Origin: Bacillota bacterium
GTDB taxonomy: Bacteria > Bacillota > SHA-98 > UBA4971
Direction of reading: 5' to 3'
Assembly (NCBI GenBank): GCA_035593725.1
Contig: DAOSZN010000008.1
Location: forward strand, 10,052-74,051
Length of the DNA stretch: 64,000 bases
A model generated the notes under the pieces. It ran no database searches. It had not been told where the DNA came from and was given only the letters and a program-made list of their open reading frames with translations. The translations under genes and the position numbers were made by a program. This document shows, in pieces, positions 41,654 to 51,066 of this stretch (within the stretch, counting starts at the first letter, position 1; the number at the start of each line of letters is the position of its first letter).

Positions 41654-42619
41654 TTATCTGTAACCTTGCTTCACAAGGATTTCGACAACATCTGCAGTCT
41701 CTTGAGTAATGAATCCTCGCCCTGTGTCGTAATCAGCCGGGTCAAGTTTGAATTTAGCATTCAGATACAGTTCTACGACAGCCATGAATCCCTGCAGGTA
41801 CTGTTGCTGATCCACGGTTCCTTCGCAGATTCCGTCTTTAATTGCTTGAATTGTGTTAGGTTCCAAGTCAAAAGAGGCAAACAGGATTTTCCCTTTGAGT
41901 CCGTCGTCTCTTATCATCTTGATTGTGGGAATCGCACCGAGAGGCCCTACTGTAAAGATTGCAGCAGTGTCAGGATTTGCCTTAAGATAGCTCCTCAGGA
42001 TACCAATTGCCTGAGTGGCATCTTGGGTTATGTCCAGCTTATCTACTTTACCGCCAAGTTCAGCGGTGATAACATCTGAGATTCCTTTTGCCCTCGCTTC
42101 GAGGCCCACGTGTCCGGCTTGGTGGATTGCAACTACTACCTTGGCGCCTTTCTTAAGCTTCGGCATGAGCTTATAAGCCACCATTTTGCCTGCTTCGTAC
42201 TCATCCATACCGATGTAAGCCATATAGGGAATGGTTCCCTTGTGCTCTTCAGGTTCTTTACAGTTTATGGCCACCACGGGGATACCCCGACTTCTGGCTT
42301 CCTTAATCGGCTCAACCCATGCCCTGGCGTCACTTATGGATGTAGCAATACCATCAGCTTTAGCTGCCATGGCTGCGTTAAACATATTAACTTGTTCCGG
42401 CACATTGTATCCGGCAGGTCCCTGGAAGATTGCTTTTACGCCAAGGGCTTTCCCTGCGTCCTGAACTCCCCTTTGAACGACAGCCCAGAATGGGTCACCG
42501 GGACCTGTATGGGCAATTACGTAGAAAGTCATGTCATCAGCAGCGGATACAGCAGTCGAGATTCCACCGAGAGTCAATGCCAGAGACAACACAAGAATTA
42601 ACCCAACCAATCGTTTCAT
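41654..42619 (-). CDS. Monosaccharide/polyol ABC substrate-binding protein (RbsB-like fold)
   Basis: Signal peptide; AHTGPGDPFWAVVQRG, YIGMDEYEAG, LEARAKG, DQQQYLQG; ATG 42619 after GGAGGG. Confidence 0.9.
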   Translation of the reverse strand: MKRLVGLILVLSLALTLGGISTAVSAADDMTFYVIAHTGPGDPFWAVVQRGVQDAGKALGVKAIFQGPAGYNVPEQVNMFNAAMAAKADGIATSISDARAWVEPIKEARSRGIPVVAINCKEPEEHKGTIPYMAYIGMDEYEAGKMVAYKLMPKLKKGAKVVVAIHQAGHVGLEARAKGISDVITAELGGKVDKLDITQDATQAIGILRSYLKANPDTAAIFTVGPLGAIPTIKMIRDDGLKGKILFASFDLEPNTIQAIKDGICEGTVDQQQYLQGFMAVVELYLNAKFKLDPADYDTGRGFITQETADVVEILVKQGYR

Positions 42620-42980
42620 TAACAAGCCCTCCTTAATTCTTTAGGTCTGTGTTGATGTGGTTCCGGAGCTTCTCTCAATCCACTAAGCGCCCTAAAGCTC
42701 TGTTTGGCTGATTAGCCCTCCCTTCAGAGTAGACTCGCTGTGTATCGTCTAATTATCGACGTGGAGAGCGTGAGGCAGGTATTGTATTTGACTGAGGTCC
42801 ACCGGTTTTTTTAATGGGCTTGCGGTTGAAGCTGGATCATCTGCAGCGTCTTTGGCATATTGCATGAGTTGACTTTTTGTCTTTCATACTACCACATAAT
42901 GTTTAAACGCAGTTACTCCGAGTGATGACAATGTACACCCGCCACTTAAGCAAAGTCCTGTCTACATCCTAACCCTTGTA

Positions 42981-43787
42981 CTATCGGTAACTAATAATAG
43001 GTGAAATGTATTCAAATACTTTCTTAAAGGCAGTCTTATAATCAGGCATGTGCATTATTTCAGCTGAAAGATATCCTTCATATTCTATATCCTTCAGCGT
43101 ATTGATAACTTTCCGGAAATCAAAGCATCCGAAGCCAGGCGCCCATCTTGTGTTGTCCGCTATATGAACATGCCAAATACGGTCACCGGCCTTGTAAATC
43201 GGTTCAGTGAGACTTGATTCCTCAATGTTCATATGAAAAGTGTCTATCAGAAGACCGACATTATCATCCAGTTGAGACGCAATGGAATATGCGTCCTCTA
43301 TCGTATTGAATAAATCAATCTCATAGCGGTTGATAGGTTCCAGGAGTATCCTGACATTCTTTTGTTTAGCATAGGCTGATACTTCAGAGAGTCCGCTTTT
43401 TATATGGTTGACTGCTTCATCATATGAAAGCCCGTCTGACATCTTTCCTCGTATGAGTCCTACGATTACGTCAGCTTCAAGGACTGCCCCTAAATCGACA
43501 TGAGCCTTCAGCCGCTCTATGGCTTTTGCTCTACGCGTCTCATCCGGATGAGCCAGGCTAAGGCCTTCTTTGTACGCAGCTCCGGTTCCAAGTGCAGGCA
43601 CTTTCAGCTCATACGATTCCAGCAGTTGCGTAACTTGAGCCGCATCAATATCCGAGGGATCAGCTATCGCAAGCTCAACCCCGGTAAATCCTATATCTGC
43701 AGCAAGATTGACAGCCTCTTTGAGAGGTATGTCAGCTGCAAGGGATGTCGCGTTCGGAGTTGCGTTAACTACGATGGAAAGCTTCAT
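42981..43787 (-). CDS. Sugar-phosphate isomerase/epimerase TIM barrel, IolO (TM0416, 5-keto-L-gluconate epimerase)-like
   Basis: GVELA, ALGTG, IVGLIRG, LEPINRYE, DTFHMNIEE, HVHIADNTRWAPGFG, SAE. Confidence 0.8.
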   Translation of the reverse strand: MKLSIVVNATPNATSLAADIPLKEAVNLAADIGFTGVELAIADPSDIDAAQVTQLLESYELKVPALGTGAAYKEGLSLAHPDETRRAKAIERLKAHVDLGAVLEADVIVGLIRGKMSDGLSYDEAVNHIKSGLSEVSAYAKQKNVRILLEPINRYEIDLFNTIEDAYSIASQLDDNVGLLIDTFHMNIEESSLTEPIYKAGDRIWHVHIADNTRWAPGFGCFDFRKVINTLKDIEYEGYLSAEIMHMPDYKTAFKKVFEYISPIISYR

Positions 43788-43944
43788 TATCTATAAACCT
43801 CCTGCTTTAATTCATTGGTGTCATCATCATCTGGATATTTAATAAACATGATTATTATTTCCTTATTTACTTGCAAATTCCTTCCTTTGGCGGTTGCGCG
43901 AAGCATTATCTCTTTTTACGGAGCCTTATATCTTAAAACTATAG

Positions 43945-43973
43945 GACTGCCGGGAGTTTCAGACCCGGCAGTC
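43945..43973 (-). repeat. Stem-loop downstream of binding-protein copy A
   Basis: GACTGCCGGG-9nt-CCCGGCAGTC; same stem as at 52942-52970. Confidence 0.8.
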
Positions 43974-44073
43974 ATGTCGTGATAATCGTGTGATTACTGC
44001 TTTACGTATAATTTTGGGCACAGGTATATTCTATGGTTAGTCAGTATTTTGGCCCAACCGAAGGATATACTTT

Positions 44074-45180
44074 CTATTTTGCATGTTTCATCCAAAAGTC
44101 AAAGAGTTCCGCATAGTATTTTACCGTAGTTTGAGCGTTCAAAGGCATTGCGACTTTTGCCCACTCCTCAATACCACCCAACGGATCATCGGGATGAGGA
44201 GGTATTCCGGGATTTGGAGAAAAATTGCCCAGGTCTTTTGTCCAAGCATTTACACCTTCGTCTAGCAAGTAGCTTACGAATAGCTTTGCAGCATTGGGAC
44301 TGGCCGCATTCATTGTTATAGCTACATATGCAGGATAGAGATAGCCAATACAAGGTTCTATGCCGTAACACACATCCAAGGCCAAGTTCTTTGCAGGAAT
44401 TTCCCTGTGTTTGCTTAGTACGTATAAGCCAACAGGAGGATCCGTCTGACCCCGAGCTCCTACAGCTTCTGCTACGTCTCCGTCACTCCTGAAGATAACA
44501 GGCTTGTTATTTGCGAAGCGTTTGATGAACTCCCAACCGGCATTGGGAGTTGTTAGAACAATTGGTTCGCCAAAGCATTTTTCGTATGCTGCTGCCATTA
44601 CGTCTGCAGCTTCCACTATTTCTGCAAACCATGCCAATTGCATGGCGGTAAACTGTGGATCTCTCAGTGCAACTTTACCACGCCATTTTGGTGTGGTAAG
44701 CTCCCAAAGGTTTTTTATCGGAGGTTCATCGTATGCCTCTGTGTTATAACCGATAATACGAGGCTGGAATCGATAAGCCAGTGGATTTTGGTATTCAACC
44801 GGCACAATATCTTTGTGAGTTGAAGGGACATAATTAATTACATACCCTTGAGAAAGCAACTGGCCCAGTAAAATTGCCGCGCTTTCTGAAACCATCACGT
44901 CAGCGCCTCTTGCCTTTGCTTCATGCTCACGTACCACGCGGTCACTTATCTCAGAATCACCCATTTTGGTCCATTGCACTTCAATACTGTACTTGTTTGT
45001 AAAGCCTTCTGCTGCTTCCCCCATTCTGCTGGATGTATCATATACAACTACTACGCCTTCCTTTTTTGCGGCTTCAACAATTGCATTCCAATCTTCATCT
45101 GAAGCCGATACAGTAACGGAGACTCCGCCTAACGTCAATACCAGAGAAAACACAAGCAGTAACGCAGCAAATCGTTTCAC
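44074..45180 (-). CDS. ABC substrate-binding protein (Fe3+/polyamine/phosphorylated-solute class), copy A
   Basis: Signal peptide; EAAKKEG.VVVY, LWELTTPKWRGK, AASPNAAKLF; 368 aa from GTG 45180; paralog of 52994-54100. Confidence 0.88.
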   Translation of the reverse strand: MKRFAALLLVFSLVLTLGGVSVTVSASDEDWNAIVEAAKKEGVVVVYDTSSRMGEAAEGFTNKYSIEVQWTKMGDSEISDRVVREHEAKARGADVMVSESAAILLGQLLSQGYVINYVPSTHKDIVPVEYQNPLAYRFQPRIIGYNTEAYDEPPIKNLWELTTPKWRGKVALRDPQFTAMQLAWFAEIVEAADVMAAAYEKCFGEPIVLTTPNAGWEFIKRFANNKPVIFRSDGDVAEAVGARGQTDPPVGLYVLSKHREIPAKNLALDVCYGIEPCIGYLYPAYVAITMNAASPNAAKLFVSYLLDEGVNAWTKDLGNFSPNPGIPPHPDDPLGGIEEWAKVAMPLNAQTTVKYYAELFDFWMKHAK

Positions 45181-45340
45181 TGAAAAAACCTCCCTGTATT
45201 GATGTACTTCCAAGTCCTTCCTTAATTCATCAGGCGCTTCTTGTTGATACCGAGCTGACTAACCCCCCTTCATAACGGAATCATCGTACCTGTATATGAT
45301 CCATTAATGTGACCCATAGCAGTCATTGCTTTGACTACAT

Positions 45341-46222
45341 TCATGAATAGCGTAGGTCAATTAATTCCTTAACCTCACTGATATCTCGTCGAAACGGCCC
45401 CTCAGCTTCCATCTTCAGACTTGCAACTGCTGCCGCCCAAATTGTAGCCTCTTCCGGAGAACTCCGAAGACGGGCAGCCATATATGAGGAGACACAAGTA
45501 TCTCCTCGACCGCTTCGCCCAATAAGCTCTTTGGGGTAGAAGGCGGCTTCAAAAAAGCTACCGTCTGCATAAACCAACAATCCGTCCTTATGGGTGAGGA
45601 CTATTTCTTTTGGCCCCATGTCCGCCAACATCTTAGCAGCCTTATGGATGTCCTTTTCTCCGGTAAGAGATTCGGCTTCAACAGCATCGGTTTTTACGAC
45701 ATTCACCTTTGCCAGGATACGCTCCATGTCAGGCCAGTCGGCATGAACCAACTTATCACCCTGCCGTATCCGGACGAACCCTTGGGCATCAATGGAGATC
45801 CGCGTATTCTTGGCTCTAAGCGTATCAATAACTTCTTCGGGAACCTCACCCCGAATAGAAGGCGAGATTACGATTGCTTTTGCAGATATGTTTTCGACCT
45901 CTGTAGGTGTGAAAGGCTCTGCTGTGCTGTGAACATATATCACGCGTTCATCCGGATTCGAAGAGGGATACTCTAAGGTAAAGCAAGTTGACTTTGGTGT
46001 ATACGTAACATATGTGTCGACACCTATTTTTTCTAATTCATCAACAACGATATGATCCTCACGTGCCAGTTTAGTGATTGCCGCAACTTTAAGCCCCATC
46101 CTGGCTACAGCATGGGCGCCGTAGTTGAACCCGCCCCCGTTTACATACCGGGTCCCGGAAGAAGAGACAATTGTGTCTTTTGTGTAATGGCCTATTAACG
46201 CTATATCATACTGCGCATTCAT
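45341..46222 (-). CDS. PfkB-family carbohydrate kinase, Thermotoga TM0415 (myo-inositol kinase IolK)-like
   Basis: IGHYTKD, DAQGFVR, KTDAVEAE.LTG, GRSGRGDT, AAAVASLKM..EGPFRR. Confidence 0.8.
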   Translation of the reverse strand: MNAQYDIALIGHYTKDTIVSSSGTRYVNGGGFNYGAHAVARMGLKVAAITKLAREDHIVVDELEKIGVDTYVTYTPKSTCFTLEYPSSNPDERVIYVHSTAEPFTPTEVENISAKAIVISPSIRGEVPEEVIDTLRAKNTRISIDAQGFVRIRQGDKLVHADWPDMERILAKVNVVKTDAVEAESLTGEKDIHKAAKMLADMGPKEIVLTHKDGLLVYADGSFFEAAFYPKELIGRSGRGDTCVSSYMAARLRSSPEEATIWAAAVASLKMEAEGPFRRDISEVKELIDLRYS

Positions 46223-46232
46223 TTTTGACCTC

Positions 46233-47096
46233 CTAGTAATTGATTAACATGCGTGTAATGCTGTTAATGCTGGATTCTATATAGGATCGACATTCTCCAG
46301 GCGATACTCCCCATAGAATCGGGGATAATTCCAGGTTATAGATTCCGTTGTAACCTGAATTCTTGAGGATATCTATGCAATCTTTGACGTAACCTTGATC
46401 AGCTAAGACAGGCCCATGTGTTCTTCCGTCAGGTCCGATATCATGAATATGAGTATGAATCACATTTTTCGTAAACTCGTCACAGGGCAGTCGTGAATCC
46501 TTTTTCTTGCAATAATTCGCTTGACTATGGCCTACATCCCAACACAGCCCGAGGTTTCTAAAACCAATCTGTTTGGCCATGAATAGCGTATCAGAAAAGG
46601 TAACACCGACTGACTGACGATCTTTGTGCCTGCATATTTCTAAGGCTGCCTTGAATACTGAATTCTTCGCTAATGCCATGGTCAAAAGGTTCAGATCATG
46701 CAGAGTTTGCCGAGTGATTTGGCTCTTAGTCGCACTCATATCCGATTCATGACTGTGTACGGTAAAAGGGATCGTATCTTGTTGTTTATGTTCTATTAAA
46801 GTCTTCTCCAGCTCCCGAACGCCTAAGGGGATATCAGACTCATCTTCCATTTCAGGAAGCCAACCATGAACCGTGATTCCCAAACCTGCATCTCTTATTG
46901 TCTCCACACCTTGTTTCAATTGAATAGGAGGGGTTTCGGCGCAGAGCTCATTAATCTCTATAGAGGTCACCCCCAATTCCTTAAGGGTCTTCAAGCATTC
47001 GTCAATCGATCCATAGATCTCTTGCCACCATACGTCCGCTTTGTTTGAAATGTTGCCTGTAAGGTAGTTTATGGGTAACGTAAAACCAATCCTCAA
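46233..47096 (-). CDS. Xylose-isomerase-like/AP-endonuclease-2 TIM-barrel protein
   Basis: Metal-ligand pattern ALE, WDVGH, HTHIHD, NLE; probable TTG start 47096 after AAGGAG. Confidence 0.75.
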   Translation of the reverse strand: MRIGFTLPINYLTGNISNKADVWWQEIYGSIDECLKTLKELGVTSIEINELCAETPPIQLKQGVETIRDAGLGITVHGWLPEMEDESDIPLGVRELEKTLIEHKQQDTIPFTVHSHESDMSATKSQITRQTLHDLNLLTMALAKNSVFKAALEICRHKDRQSVGVTFSDTLFMAKQIGFRNLGLCWDVGHSQANYCKKKDSRLPCDEFTKNVIHTHIHDIGPDGRTHGPVLADQGYVKDCIDILKNSGYNGIYNLELSPILWGVSPGECRSYIESSINSITRMLINY

Positions 47097-47161
47097 ACTC
47101 CTGCTCCTTCCTGATGGTTTTCCGAAACGCGGGCTCTTGTCCATTCATGAGGTATCAGGCC

Positions 47162-47289
47162 AGAGACGGCGGCGGTAGTCTCTCCGGTTAGGAGGCATGT
47201 GTGCCCTCTCGGTAATTCCGGCCTTCCAAGGGCGCACATGCCTTTGATTAGTCTATCCCGAGGAGTGAATAGTCTCTGCCGGGACAGAC
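47162..47289 (-). other. Cluster of three intergenic hairpins (possible structured RNA element)
   Basis: AGAGAC/GTCTCT (47162-47183), AGGCATGTGTGCCCT/AGGGCGCACATGCCT (47193-47243), GTCTATCCCG/CGGGACAGAC (47251-47289). Confidence 0.6.
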
Positions 47290-47307
47290 TGAATGGACTC
47301 GGATTAA

Positions 47308-49821
47308 TTACTCAGCCGGCTTCCATATCACAATTGAGTCTATTACTTTATTTGTTCCGTCGTCGGCTCCTTCCCATCCATGCAAGTGTCCAACGTCTTT
47401 CTCAATGGCCTGTATATACAAGTGATCAGGGGTTACGTCTACTTTCATATAGTGGAATACAGGATGAGTGGACGCGCTCTCTCCTTTATCCGGGTCATTC
47501 TTCCTAAATGCAAGCCAAGAGCTGTCCCCAACTTCTGATATGGGATACAAATCTCTGTTCTGTGCTCCGGCACCTGCTGAAGTGATAAATATTGTCCCTT
47601 TGTTTTGAGTTGCCTGTCCAAATCTTCCGGAGCCTTCTTCCGCGTATGCGTTTTCCAGTTTATAGTACTGAGCTTCCTGTAAATCTCCTACGAGTTTTGA
47701 GCGGTAGCCTCTTATGTTCTTCGTGCGTTCATAGTTATGATCGTGGGCAGTAAATACAACATCAACTATTCCTGATTCATCAATAATATCTACGAAATCG
47801 CCTTCTCGCATCAGACCTGCGACTTCTAAAACGTCATTCATATGACCTGTGCTAGTGGTATATATTGAATGATGTAATAGCACGATTACCCAGTCAATTT
47901 CTCCTGATTCCTTCGCCTTTTTCGCTTTCGCCAGATCGTTTTTCAGCCATTCAAGTTGTAGATTGTGGAATTCTTGATTTGGAAAACCTGACATGAACGC
48001 TACAACATGAACATTCCCATAGTTGAATGAGTACCAGTATTCTTCATATCCCTGATTATTAAGGTAAGGCCAATCCTCCATGGAGTTTACGGGGAAGTTG
48101 AACATGTTCCACCATGTAGGCGCCAATCTTTCATGATTCCCATGCACATGGACCATGGGATATCTGGCCAGTAATTCTTTGCTGTTAGATTTACCGCCTA
48201 CTCCGTAATTAAACCACGCGTCATATTCAATGAAAGCTCCGTTGCCTCCATAGTCACCTGTAAATGCTGTAAAGCCCGGAGCTCCGCACTTGGCGTTGTC
48301 ATCAAGAATTTGTAATATATCCTCATTCAGGTGATTGAATACGTCGTATTGAGCTTTTGAATCCCCGTACACGATAAAAGTAAAGTTATCAGGGTTTTCC
48401 GGGTTTGTTTTGATAGTATGTATTTCAGATTTTATCAGGTTTTCTCCCTTGCTCTCAGCGTAGTATTCATACCAAGTATCGGGTTTCAAATCCTCTAAGA
48501 CAACATTGTATGCATGAGCTTCAGTGGTGCCCATAGAAAACTGGACCGGTTTCTGTCTTATTTCTCGGAATCTCTCTTCACCTTTTTCTCTAAGATACAC
48601 TGCTCCTTCATTGGAAGAAGTGTTTGCCAGCCAGTTAATTGATATGGTCTGTTGTTTTCCGGTGATTCTATCCGGATCAGGCCAGGTAATGTTTATATTC
48701 ATTTTGTCGCCTTTGATGGACTTCAGTTCTCCGGGCTGCATTACCACATTATCTACTAACGGGCGGTATTCAACTACATAAGGATAATGCATTCTAAAAC
48801 CGAACTTATTATCCTCTTCCGTGCCCCATGAATAACCGTAAGTTATCCAAATGCTATCTCCGTAGGTAGCGACAGCATGCTTTTGCGTGCCGAAGGGTAA
48901 GTCAGATTTTCTTACAAAGCTGTCGGTTTCAGGGGTGTATTCATATACAGTGGGAAGAAACTCGCCCATGTTTCTTCCTCCGATTATGTACGCTTTACCC
49001 CTAACCGCTGCTACAAACGGACTATCGGTAGGCTCAGGCAGATCGCTCAGTCTCTTCCATTGAGAGCCTTTAGGAGCGTTCGGGTCAAAGACGCAGGCCA
49101 TCTTACTGGCCTCACCTTCTTCATCTTCACCGATGTCATCAGACAGCGATACTCCACCGCCAAAAATATAGAACTTATTATCAATCACAACTCCGGAGTA
49201 ACCATAGTCTACTAAGGACGCAGGAGGCACTTGGTGATCTATGCTATCCAGCTGTATGAATTTCTCGATCACAGGATCAAAGACCGAAACAAGTCCGTCC
49301 TCGCCTAGTAGAACAACGTATTCTTTCCCGGTAATGGACATTATTCCCCAAGAGCCCGTATTCCAGTTTCCGAGCACTCCGATATCTTCCATTTTGGCTA
49401 TTTCCAGTTTTTCTATATCGAACTTGAGCAACCTGTTCTTCGCTGCAATATATATGTATGGACTCTCATCACTGGTTCTAAAGGCTGTGGCTTTATAAAA
49501 ATCTTTGCCTGTGCCGACATTTGTATACCCTTTTTCCCCGGTTTTAAGGTTAATCCATTCTATATTTGGGAAATCTACGAAGTCCTCAATTCCGTCTTGT
49601 CCCCATCCTAGGTAATGAGAATAGTAAGCTCTCCCGCTTGTGACCCACATTACATCTCCAATTACCGTGTTGCTGTGGCCCCTTCTGGGATGTATCAAGT
49701 TTTCGTGTATTATCATGATTGGGGTTTCGTCTTGTGCTAACGCAATTCCAGTACAAGTCCCGACTAGCAACGTAAGGAGCATCACGAGCACAATGGCTAA
49801 AGATACGTTTCTCCTTCTCAT
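47308..49821 (-). CDS. Secreted Kelch-repeat + FN3-like + metallophosphoesterase (purple-acid-phosphatase-like) fusion
   Basis: Signal MRRRNVSLAIVLVMLLTLLVGTCTGIALA; Kelch blades (..NKFYIFGG, WKRLSDLP, ..GKAYIIGG, ..DSIWITYG); HAYNVVLEDLKPDTWYEY; motifs YGDS, TGD, GNHE, LLHH, AHDHNYER; ATG 49821. Confidence 0.85.
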   Translation of the reverse strand: MRRRNVSLAIVLVMLLTLLVGTCTGIALAQDETPIMIIHENLIHPRRGHSNTVIGDVMWVTSGRAYYSHYLGWGQDGIEDFVDFPNIEWINLKTGEKGYTNVGTGKDFYKATAFRTSDESPYIYIAAKNRLLKFDIEKLEIAKMEDIGVLGNWNTGSWGIMSITGKEYVVLLGEDGLVSVFDPVIEKFIQLDSIDHQVPPASLVDYGYSGVVIDNKFYIFGGGVSLSDDIGEDEEGEASKMACVFDPNAPKGSQWKRLSDLPEPTDSPFVAAVRGKAYIIGGRNMGEFLPTVYEYTPETDSFVRKSDLPFGTQKHAVATYGDSIWITYGYSWGTEEDNKFGFRMHYPYVVEYRPLVDNVVMQPGELKSIKGDKMNINITWPDPDRITGKQQTISINWLANTSSNEGAVYLREKGEERFREIRQKPVQFSMGTTEAHAYNVVLEDLKPDTWYEYYAESKGENLIKSEIHTIKTNPENPDNFTFIVYGDSKAQYDVFNHLNEDILQILDDNAKCGAPGFTAFTGDYGGNGAFIEYDAWFNYGVGGKSNSKELLARYPMVHVHGNHERLAPTWWNMFNFPVNSMEDWPYLNNQGYEEYWYSFNYGNVHVVAFMSGFPNQEFHNLQLEWLKNDLAKAKKAKESGEIDWVIVLLHHSIYTTSTGHMNDVLEVAGLMREGDFVDIIDESGIVDVVFTAHDHNYERTKNIRGYRSKLVGDLQEAQYYKLENAYAEEGSGRFGQATQNKGTIFITSAGAGAQNRDLYPISEVGDSSWLAFRKNDPDKGESASTHPVFHYMKVDVTPDHLYIQAIEKDVGHLHGWEGADDGTNKVIDSIVIWKPAE

Positions 49822-49925
49822 GAATGTACACCGTCCCTTTAACATAATAAATGCCTCAAGAATCAGGCCTTTGGGCCTCAAGTGAATTTACCGGTTCTGA
49901 AGAACTCTCCCTTCTTCCTAAAGGC

Positions 49926-51065
49926 TTACGACTTTATCGAAAAATCCACCAGACTGCTTCCTTCAGATACCCGCTTACCGCTCTCGCTATCAAAGAGTAG
50001 AACTCTCTCCGGCCTAAGACTTATGTTAACTTCTGAGCCTACCGGTATTATGTCAGGTTCAGACAGTTTTGCTGTTAATAAGATATCTTTGTGACGCAGG
50101 CGGACAAAGGTATCAGACCCGGTGGGCAGATTGGAATAGACCATCATTCCAATGGTCGGTGGCTCAGTGCCGGTGATTAGAATGTCTTCACAACGGACTC
50201 CGATTATTACCTCCTGACCATCTTTGACAGTAATGTCGCCATAGGGTACCTTCTTGAGAGACAACAGCCAATCACCGCATTGCACCTTCCATATATTGTC
50301 CTGCTCAACGATCTTTCCATTTACCAAATTAATTGAAGGACTACCTACGAAATCTGCGACAAATAGATTATTTGGATACTTATAGAGTCTCAACGGCTCA
50401 TCGCACTGTTCGAGCCTGCCTTCTTTCATCACCACAACAGTGGTGGCCATGGATATGGCTTCCAATTGATCATGGGTTACGTACACAACTGTCATGTCGG
50501 TTTCAGCATGAATCCGCTTAAGTTCTGTACGCATATCCATTCGCAGTTTTGCATCCAGGTTGCTTAACGGTTCATCCATCAGCAAACAATTAGGACGTGG
50601 AGCCAGGCTTCTTGCCAGGGCTACTCTTTGCTGTTGCCCTCCACTGAGTTCCGATGGATAACGCTGGAGATATTCGTCAATTTGCATCCATCCGGCCGCT
50701 TCTTTCACGCGCTCTTCAACCTCAGAACGGCTCATTTTCTTCATTTCTAATCCAAAAGCAATGTTTTCAAAAACAGTCATATGAGGCCACAACGCATAAT
50801 TCTGAAAAATGAGGCCTACATCTCTTTTGTCCGGACTCAGGGATAATCCTCGCTCTGAACAGAAGACCGGTTTGTCGCCATTAATAATTCTACCGCGTGT
50901 CGGCTCTTCGAGTCCTGCAATCATGCGTAAAGTAGTTGTCTTGCCACAGCCGGACGGACCCAGTAAACAAGTGAAACTCCTATCCGGGATGGTCAGGTTG
51001 AGATTGTCGACTGCGACAACGCTTCCCCACCGTTTCGTCAGGTTTTCCAGCTTAATATCGGGCAT
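49926..51065 (-). CDS. ABC transporter ATP-binding protein (MalK/FbpC type)
   Basis: GPSGCGKTT, FQNYALWPHM, LSGGQQQR, DEPLSNLD, YVTHDQ. Confidence 0.94.
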   Translation of the reverse strand: MPDIKLENLTKRWGSVVAVDNLNLTIPDRSFTCLLGPSGCGKTTTLRMIAGLEEPTRGRIINGDKPVFCSERGLSLSPDKRDVGLIFQNYALWPHMTVFENIAFGLEMKKMSRSEVEERVKEAAGWMQIDEYLQRYPSELSGGQQQRVALARSLAPRPNCLLMDEPLSNLDAKLRMDMRTELKRIHAETDMTVVYVTHDQLEAISMATTVVVMKEGRLEQCDEPLRLYKYPNNLFVADFVGSPSINLVNGKIVEQDNIWKVQCGDWLLSLKKVPYGDITVKDGQEVIIGVRCEDILITGTEPPTIGMMVYSNLPTGSDTFVRLRHKDILLTAKLSEPDIIPVGSEVNISLRPERVLLFDSESGKRVSEGSSLVDFSIKS

Positions 51066-51066
51066 A

